A stretch of 64,000 nt of DNA from a bacterium (GTDB lineage: Bacteria > Bacteroidota > Bacteroidia > CAILMK01 > JACPUW01). Below are positions 58,301 to 64,000 of the stretch, piece after piece (positions within the stretch are counted from its first letter, which is position 1; each line of letters opens with the position of its first letter). The stretch lies in the NCBI GenBank assembly GCA_016124515.1, contig WGNN01000037.1:13171-77170 (forward strand), given 5' to 3'. The translations under genes were made by a program, and so were the position numbers. The notes under the pieces are model-generated. The model had not been told where the DNA came from. It worked only from the letters and a program-made list of their open reading frames with translations, and did no database searches.

Positions 58301-60267
58301 AAGGACCCTTTGAAAGCTATAGTGCAGGATTATGCTCAAAAAACCTGTCGATAGAAAACCTAAAAACCAGTTGGTTCAAAGTAAAAATCAACACCGCTTT
58401 TGGCAATCGACTCACTGTATCGAGTGGCGATCCTGATGTGGCTGAAATAAAAATATACAGCGGCAACTGCAATGCCCTCACCCAAATAGGTTGCCTGTCA
58501 GGCGCGGCAACTGCCATATCGCTTGATTGTGTTGAGAGCGGATATTATTATATTCAGGTATTTACCTTAAAAGATCTGAAAAAACAGATTTTCATATCTC
58601 TAAAACTCAACAACGCCTTTAACACCTGCCGAATAAACAAAGACATGGGCTTGCTGGTAAATTTTACGAGCACGAAAAATTGTAAAGGCGAAAACAGAAA
58701 ATTCATCAACTTATCAACCTTTGGCCCCGCCATAAAATACAGTTGGCGCTTTGGCGATGGCGATACCTCGAGTGGCAGCAATCCAAGCCATTATTATGGG
58801 TATGATGCTCCTGATTCAGTGTGGGTTACACTAGCGGTGTACAACAGCCAAAACAATAAAAAAGACAGCCTCAGCAAACTGATCTATCTTGAAATTCCCA
58901 CTATAAAACCCCTGCACGATACCACCGTTTGTTCTAGTCCATGTGCGCTTAACGCGAGACAAGTGGGCAATAAAAATTATACCTACAACTGGTTTATGCT
59001 TAGCGACTCTGCCGATAAAAAGGCGAAATATCCGGTAGCGCGTAATTCAAATTCCGCTTCGTTTTATGTGAACAAGCCCTACTCCACCGCCCTGCTAAAG
59101 GTTTCCAATCCATATTGCCATTTATTTGACACCGTACAAATAGAGTCGGTAGCCGCAATAGTATATGACCTTAACCCAAAAAGTAATTTCAGAATTTGCC
59201 CCAATGCGCCCGTATCCATCCATTTCAACAAGCCCAATGGACTGTCGTTCAGGTGGTATGATGGCGATACCGCAAGCACAAAAGAGTTTAATAAAGGTGG
59301 TTTGTATAAGGTAAATGTAATAGACTCTACATGTAGTTTTGGCTTTACCTACCAAGTGCAGCAATCATTTAAACCCCAATACAAGCTGCCCGACAGCCTT
59401 TGTTATGGCTCGGAAATTTCCCTTTTTGATACCATCAACTTTCCGCCCTTTCGTTTAATGAGTATTAATAATAAACTGCCAAACATTGGCATTACAGATT
59501 CTCAGTTGATTATGCACTGGGAAATGCATAGTACAGACAGTTGTGCCCTTACCGATACCGCTGTTATTCCACATTTTATAAAATTGCATAAAAGCCTGAA
59601 CGACACAGGCCTATGTGCCAACGGCAGCGTGCAACTAAACGCCCGCAACCAAGGAGCCAACTACTTGTGGAGCAATGGCGATACTACACAAAAGACTATA
59701 ATAAACCGTGCAGGAAAATACCTGCTTTTCATAAACAAAGGCGCCTGCACCTTGGCGGATACCGTTTATGTTTCAAGTATAAACTATAATAGCGGCTTAC
59801 CGGTTGACACAAGCGTTTGCCTCAACAGCTTGGCGCCCAACCTGCGCTTACAAGCACAAAATGCCGATTCGGTGTGGTGGAGCAATGGTAGCCGCGGCCC
59901 CATTGCCTACACCGGCGACAGTGGTTATATTTACATGCAGGCCATGCTCAAAAATTGTCTTTTCAAAGATTCCGTTTTGGTTCTAAACCAATGTGAGCCA
60001 CAGCTTTTTGTGCCCAACGCCTTTAGCCCGAATGGCGATGCAGTAAACCCAACTTTTCTGGCCAAAGGCACCCATATTGAAGACTTTGAAATGTGGATTT
60101 TTGCGCGCAATGGTCAGGTGGTTTATTATAGCACAGACATTGCCTACGGCTGGGACGGCATGGTAAACGGCGAACCTGCTGCCCTTGGAAGTTATCTCTA
60201 TCTTATTAATTATGAAATAAATGGTATTTCCCGCACGAAATCAGGATATTTACATCTCTTAAAATAG
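55390..60267 (+). CDS. Giant secreted protein, paralog 2 (same architecture)
   Basis: First ATG at 55390 gives MKWFFPIFLMLLCAQALAQPANDNWKNA. GDSCSNAV module near 58.21 kb. PKD-like FINLSTFGPAIKYSWRFGDGDTSSGSNPSHYY. C-terminal VPNAFSPNGDAVNPTFLAKG...GWDGMVNGEPAALGSYLYLINY. Confidence 0.85.
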   Translation: MKWFFPIFLMLLCAQALAQPANDNWKNAIEIEVKDNGFFVGSTRSVVSSMRDASVEKNEIFHRSVTVLGLDQKTVWYKFTIATTRQTEVVLRQRDTLIPARDAGFTVYNKTNHIPGKELIAYDLPTITQFGSSSNNCLQKGTYYIQVCSRSRVEDSLWIELHLAPSATAGNTIDKPVYANALNASFFNNPCLSISNKSELRPFSDSSFSKSVYLNFTSPSYISKANFSFTARKFAFWLYKGDISDSSTWQLLDSTSHFGKNSKTLTKYYSCGKTLNYSELYFIKILYRPDANMNFSGIIYNGLHRAVGQDPNSSQLNFGNTKTSPNVLTRTVTDYISCGTDGTQYVCINLNHLLLDTVDYSGTKAIIDTMTFGSWSNFSIAKNATFNFQSNYALYDSLGVHRSQSWLFKGYYNDPGFCKQKPTALYNHYKNCLAPGKYTIFTGTYGNMLSATDTIYNQQMGETVQYSYSLQSLEGDSGPPALYADPRYPVKIRGLLFNKNKETRTLPTDWLNSGDSTTTNIAGNKQSGYFSYYTFTLDRKGFVVLYRMAGNFNFHVYSGDCTRGTKNLKDNIDPYIAHYKRNDFYNMVSIPAGTYTIVCHRNVSTPCDPPVNPFASLQLKVAYNDGKIYKPDPPKPCTPQYCFAKNAGKINGGNALTHRNTDTFGYTAYTFTSGCRQNFSNRGNHHWYNRKAYISLPKDFYYYEFELAEKSSVYIQGDMYFQVLKGSISTDSTIAQHAENVLVEYANPRFRTCALPAGSYSIVVASSTDFWGQIQITRYHKPGNDFARQAVDLGILSQTNNGLQAKATYGCSFSSTATDLGYHPNNPPKNQWFTFRKAGNGSLKLLLTGGNPTYYLMQSKRGGGFDFKYLRQHQMVDSLYAQNLMLLKPETDGTYLINNNNKDTVRYYLLVAHSNAIIDFGLFQVQVNLLSNADPHFSTIGDSCSNAVLDSVTSANTKTIRQWVNGHSLGEGPFESYSAGLCSKNLSIENLKTSWFKVKINTAFGNRLTVSSGDPDVAEIKIYSGNCNALTQIGCLSGAATAISLDCVESGYYYIQVFTLKDLKKQIFISLKLNNAFNTCRINKDMGLLVNFTSTKNCKGENRKFINLSTFGPAIKYSWRFGDGDTSSGSNPSHYYGYDAPDSVWVTLAVYNSQNNKKDSLSKLIYLEIPTIKPLHDTTVCSSPCALNARQVGNKNYTYNWFMLSDSADKKAKYPVARNSNSASFYVNKPYSTALLKVSNPYCHLFDTVQIESVAAIVYDLNPKSNFRICPNAPVSIHFNKPNGLSFRWYDGDTASTKEFNKGGLYKVNVIDSTCSFGFTYQVQQSFKPQYKLPDSLCYGSEISLFDTINFPPFRLMSINNKLPNIGITDSQLIMHWEMHSTDSCALTDTAVIPHFIKLHKSLNDTGLCANGSVQLNARNQGANYLWSNGDTTQKTIINRAGKYLLFINKGACTLADTVYVSSINYNSGLPVDTSVCLNSLAPNLRLQAQNADSVWWSNGSRGPIAYTGDSGYIYMQAMLKNCLFKDSVLVLNQCEPQLFVPNAFSPNGDAVNPTFLAKGTHIEDFEMWIFARNGQVVYYSTDIAYGWDGMVNGEPAALGSYLYLINYEINGISRTKSGYLHLLK

Positions 60268-60272
60268 AAATT

Positions 60273-63200
60273 ATGGCTCTTGCATCCACTGGTAGAAACA
60301 GGATATATATTATTCCAATCCTTTTTTTATTGGTGCAAACAATTGCCTTGGCACAGCCAAAAAACGACCACTACACCAAAGCAATTGCCATTACAATACC
60401 GGATTCGGGCTGGGCTAAAGGCAGGGTGCAGTCGGAACAAAGTGGTTTTAAGGGTGCTACAATAGACATCAATGAGCCTTTTTCCATATTGCATCACCAA
60501 ACCGGGCTTGACCAAAAATCGGTTTGGTATTCATTTGAACTCCCTACTGCGCGCAATATAAAAATCAGTCTGTTGCAAGAGCATCTTAATATTGAAAACA
60601 ACAAAGCGGGTTTCACTGTGTATGCCAGTCAAAACACGCCCCCAAGTGAGCGCAACATGTTTTTAAGTCCGCCCATGTCTGTGGCGCAGTTTGGTTCGTC
60701 ATCGTTTTGTTGTTTTGCCAAGGGAAAATACCTGATACAAGTAGTGGCGCGCTCAAGCGTGGTTGATTCTGTCTATTTACAACTTGAAGTGAAAAGGAGT
60801 TGCGGTAGTTATAATTCACTTAAAAATGCAGCCGATTTAAACTCAGGTTCCGTCCATTTTTCTGACTTAAGCTGTGCGGGGTTGGATAGTTTGGGAGAAC
60901 TCAAAAACGGCTTAGGCCTCAAAACAAATTATGTTTTTTATGGGAAATTTGAAACGCCTGCCTATTTCGATCAATTATATATGAATATGGAGATTTCAAA
61001 AAACAGGGGCTACGAATTGTACGAAATTGTTGACAGCACAAATAAGGTGTATAGCAAAGTATTGTCGCGAAAAGTAAAGGACACCACCGATGCTATTTTG
61101 CAATTGAAATGCGGCAGGCTGAAACGCAGCACCGCCTATTTTTTCAAATTTTACACCAATACCGCATTTTCTATTTTTCGATTTGACATACGCGGAAAAT
61201 ACCCCACAAAAGCAGCTAACCCCACCAATTTATTGAGCCCCTATGTGATGGGAAAGCTCGTGGAAGACACCTATACGGTTGAAGATTATTACTCGTGCAA
61301 CCCAAAGGCTTACAAGTACTTGTGTCCGGATCAAAACAAATTGTTTACCGACACAATTTATGGCCGCAAAAGATACATTGACACCATAAAATCAGGTTAT
61401 TGGTGCACTTTTACCATCGAATCCTATATGAATATTGATGTAATGGTTGGTGGCGACAATGTAAGCGACACCGGCTTTTATTTGGGTCGTTATTTTGTGT
61501 ACAAAGGCGATGCAAGAAATGGCCCTTGCAATTTGAGACTGCTTCACTATAATGGGTTTGGAAGAAGATACTCTGAGTGCTTACGGGCAGGCACTTATTC
61601 TATTTTTGTAGGTTTTTGGTCAAAGCGCTTAGTAACAATTAAAATAGATTCCATTTATAGCAATCTGGTGGTTGATGATTATAATTTGGGCCTTGGTGTA
61701 AAAGTGAGACTCAATTTAAAGAATCTCCTACCTGTAAGACATTCGCTGTTTTCAGACACGCTTTATCCGGCTAATTTGTGGCACATACTCAATAGATGGG
61801 GCTATGCAACCCGCAAAACGCCGCCCGATCATTTTGGTGGAACATCACAAACTTTCTATCTGAACAAGACAAAAACCACGGGCAATTTTTCCTTTTGTAA
61901 GTTTTATCTTGACCAAGCCTCCTATTTGCGTATTGTTTCAACCACACCTGTCAGGAATACTTCTATGGTTTTGTGTGGAGACATTAGTAAAGGCAGCCGC
62001 AGCCTGTACGCCGATTCCATTTTAGGCGCCCCGTATATCAACTATAGAGGCTACGACAGCCCCGGCAAGGTTGATACAGGATGGTACACTATAATAAGTT
62101 GGGTGCCCGGCATAGATACCTGTTCAAATATCAGACCCGTTGCGCAATATGAAATTTTTGCCCGACCCAATCCCTTCAAATGGATTTGTAATTACAAATT
62201 CGACCGCCCACATTTGGCCTGCAAGCTAAACCAAGGAAATGAAATTGAAATAAAGGATGACTCACGAGCTAATAACACCGCTACCTATACCTTGTATATA
62301 TGCAAAGAAAATTATAAAAAGCAAGCATCGCCAAATATTTACAACCCGGCTGATAATGCAAAGTACTTTCGGTACCTGGCCTATAGCGTTTTTACCATTA
62401 CAAAATCCATGTCAATGTACGCCTATAACTTCGGGTTGAGATATCAGTTGTTGCGCGGATCCATTTTAAAGGATTCCGTGGGTATTTTTAACGATAAAAA
62501 TGTTATAATTGAACGGAATTCAAGCATCAACAAATGCCTACTTGAACGCGGAACATATACAGTAATAGCAGGAAGTAATTCAAGCTTTTCAAACATAAGT
62601 TATACTTTCAAAAAGTATTTCAAGCCTGCTCATAACTGGGCGCGCACGGCACTTGATTTGGGCGAATTAACCAACACCGAATCAAAAAGTTTGATTACCC
62701 CATTTTCATGTCATAATACGGCAGATTCCACACATGTTGGTTATAATAATAAAATTTCACAACGGAATTTCTGGGCCACCGCAAGTCTCAATAAACCTGG
62801 CGTTTACGAAATAAAACTCTACGGAATTGGCATACAAAACAGCTACATTTATGCCGATACCATACATCCACAACTCAACTTTGGCGACCAAAAAAAATTG
62901 AATATGGTGGATTCAGGTAGTACATTAAAACTGATGGCAAATGGTTCCCTTTATTATAACAAAGATAAACCCGGCGTGGAAAGGTTGTATTTTGTGGCAT
63001 ATCATAATAATGGCATTGTCAATAATAATGAATTCGGTTCCACCGATCTAATTTTCAACTACAAGCTAACGATAGACAGCCTTGCCACTGAAAAGGGTGA
63101 TTATTGCAACAATGCCATTAGCACAACCCTGACTGACACGCTCACGCATGAACTAAAGGTTTGGAACTCAATACACAGCTTGGGCGAAGGTTATGGCGAG

Positions 63201-64000
63201 CAAAATAAAACCATCTACTTGCTGGATGACATAACTACAAAATATTATAAAACTACTTGGTTTAAGGTAAGTATTAACAACCTTGAAGGATACAATTTAC
63301 AATTGGGCTACGACTACTATTCGACTGGTACCGTTGTATATTTTGGCAGTTGCGAAGCCTTGACACCCATTGCTATTATGGGCAACGGCATTGGCAATGC
63401 CATCAACTGTATAGGAAAGGGCGACTATTATATTCAAAAATTCTATGGAAAAGAAAATAAAGGTTTTTCTTTAGAACGAGTTAAACTTAGAGAAAACAGC
63501 CAAGCCTGCAAACCCATTAACACTCAAGAAGTACTGGCCAATTTTGCTACCGAAGGCGGCTGCAACAACGAACCTGTTGTGTTTAAAAACCTATCTACGC
63601 AAGGCAGCAATGTGCAATATGAATGGCAATTTGGCGATGGAAGCAGTTCAAATGAAATGGAACCCACACACCAATACAAACTAACTAAAAACAAAGACAG
63701 CCTGTGGGTGCAGCTTGTAGTAAGCAACAAAAAGACACAGGCAAGCGACACTGTGCGAAAACCAATTTTTATTTCAAAAAACTTTCTATTTGTGCCACTT
63801 CCAAGTGATACAGTAATCTTTTGCGAAGATTCACTGACAATTCATCCTTTCAAAAACAGCGACAAAATTTGGTTTTCATGGGCTATATATGACGGTACCA
63901 TTCACAAGGGGAAAAAAGGATTGCCGGTTTTCTGGCCTTATCATTATAAATCACAGATCACCTACTATATGGAATATGCCAATTGCAGTGCGTCGGATAG
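60273..64000 (+). CDS. Giant secreted protein, paralog 3 (3'-truncated by window edge; absent from the ORF track)
   Basis: ATG at 60273, 5 nt after the paralog 2 stop, gives MALASTGRNRIYIIPILFLLVQTIALAQPKNDHYTKA. I hand-translated this frame at seven spot checks (about 60.3, 60.84, 61.5, 62.4, 63.0, 63.5 and 63.96 kb) and found no stop. GDYCNNAI module near 63.10 kb. PKD-like VVFKNLSTQGSNVQYEWQFGDGSSSNEMEPTHQY near 63.6 kb. Confidence 0.8.
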   Translation, partial: MALASTGRNRIYIIPILFLLVQTIALAQPKNDHYTKAIAITIPDSGWAKGRVQSEQSGFKGATIDINEPFSILHHQTGLDQKSVWYSFELPTARNIKISLLQEHLNIENNKAGFTVYASQNTPPSERNMFLSPPMSVAQFGSSSFCCFAKGKYLIQVVARSSVVDSVYLQLEVKRSCGSYNSLKNAADLNSGSVHFSDLSCAGLDSLGELKNGLGLKTNYVFYGKFETPAYFDQLYMNMEISKNRGYELYEIVDSTNKVYSKVLSRKVKDTTDAILQLKCGRLKRSTAYFFKFYTNTAFSIFRFDIRGKYPTKAANPTNLLSPYVMGKLVEDTYTVEDYYSCNPKAYKYLCPDQNKLFTDTIYGRKRYIDTIKSGYWCTFTIESYMNIDVMVGGDNVSDTGFYLGRYFVYKGDARNGPCNLRLLHYNGFGRRYSECLRAGTYSIFVGFWSKRLVTIKIDSIYSNLVVDDYNLGLGVKVRLNLKNLLPVRHSLFSDTLYPANLWHILNRWGYATRKTPPDHFGGTSQTFYLNKTKTTGNFSFCKFYLDQASYLRIVSTTPVRNTSMVLCGDISKGSRSLYADSILGAPYINYRGYDSPGKVDTGWYTIISWVPGIDTCSNIRPVAQYEIFARPNPFKWICNYKFDRPHLACKLNQGNEIEIKDDSRANNTATYTLYICKENYKKQASPNIYNPADNAKYFRYLAYSVFTITKSMSMYAYNFGLRYQLLRGSILKDSVGIFNDKNVIIERNSSINKCLLERGTYTVIAGSNSSFSNISYTFKKYFKPAHNWARTALDLGELTNTESKSLITPFSCHNTADSTHVGYNNKISQRNFWATASLNKPGVYEIKLYGIGIQNSYIYADTIHPQLNFGDQKKLNMVDSGSTLKLMANGSLYYNKDKPGVERLYFVAYHNNGIVNNNEFGSTDLIFNYKLTIDSLATEKGDYCNNAISTTLTDTLTHELKVWNSIHSLGEGYGEQNKTIYLLDDITTKYYKTTWFKVSINNLEGYNLQLGYDYYSTGTVVYFGSCEALTPIAIMGNGIGNAINCIGKGDYYIQKFYGKENKGFSLERVKLRENSQACKPINTQEVLANFATEGGCNNEPVVFKNLSTQGSNVQYEWQFGDGSSSNEMEPTHQYKLTKNKDSLWVQLVVSNKKTQASDTVRKPIFISKNFLFVPLPSDTVIFCEDSLTIHPFKNSDKIWFSWAIYDGTIHKGKKGLPVFWPYHYKSQITYYMEYANCSASD

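Noticed and set aside
1-64000. CRISPR arrays, tRNA, rRNA and tmRNA
   Set aside because: I saw no regularly spaced short repeats, no GTTCGAATC-type T-arm context in intergenic DNA, and no rRNA-like stretches. This was a by-eye scan only, so tRNAscan-SE, Infernal and a CRISPR finder should confirm it.

Overview
This 64-kb window looks like a Bacteroidota chromosome segment. The evidence is T9SS type-A and type-B C-terminal sorting domains, propeller/Y_Y_Y LytS-type kinases with LytTR regulators, a fused 2-oxoacid dehydrogenase E1 alpha/beta, and many lipobox lipoproteins. All family names come from motifs I recognised by eye; I ran no searches. I support about 55 protein genes and saw no rRNA, tRNA or CRISPR array.

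Core genes:
- MMPL transporter, metK, fused E1 dehydrogenase, AGCS symporter, crcB, PaaD-like protein.
- One LytS-type kinase/LytTR regulator pair.

Accessory content worth attention:
1. An AT-rich, integrase-less block at about 5.85-16.4 kb. Twelve codirectional, mostly overlapping minus-strand genes encode an HNH nuclease, a Cys/His-rich mini-protein, TM2, an HsdR_N nuclease-like protein, two DUF3761 proteins, a PH-like membrane protein and orphans. Four copies of a 30-nt element split the block into four units. The element has 9-bp direct repeats with a 12-bp spacer, which is LytTR-box architecture. The block is headed by its own LytTR regulator, with a divergent TPR/HisKA_2 kinase.
2. A five-gene SWIM / DUF5691-like / MoxR-type AAA / DUF5682-like / VWA operon (yehLMPQ-like, function unknown). 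It is interrupted at one junction by a REP/RAYT-type remnant.
3. Immediately upstream of that operon, a strongly AT-rich ABC-type ATPase plus small Toprim-like protein pair. It resembles OLD/PARIS/RloAB-type defence modules.
4. A tandem array of three diverged giant (>1600 aa) T9SS type-B cargo paralogs. The third is missing from the ORF track because it runs off the window.

Smaller items: a poly-A frameshift in an OmpA-like gene, a HicAB module, a Fic-like protein with a degenerate active site, and an orphan terminator in a 0.9-kb gene-free spacer.
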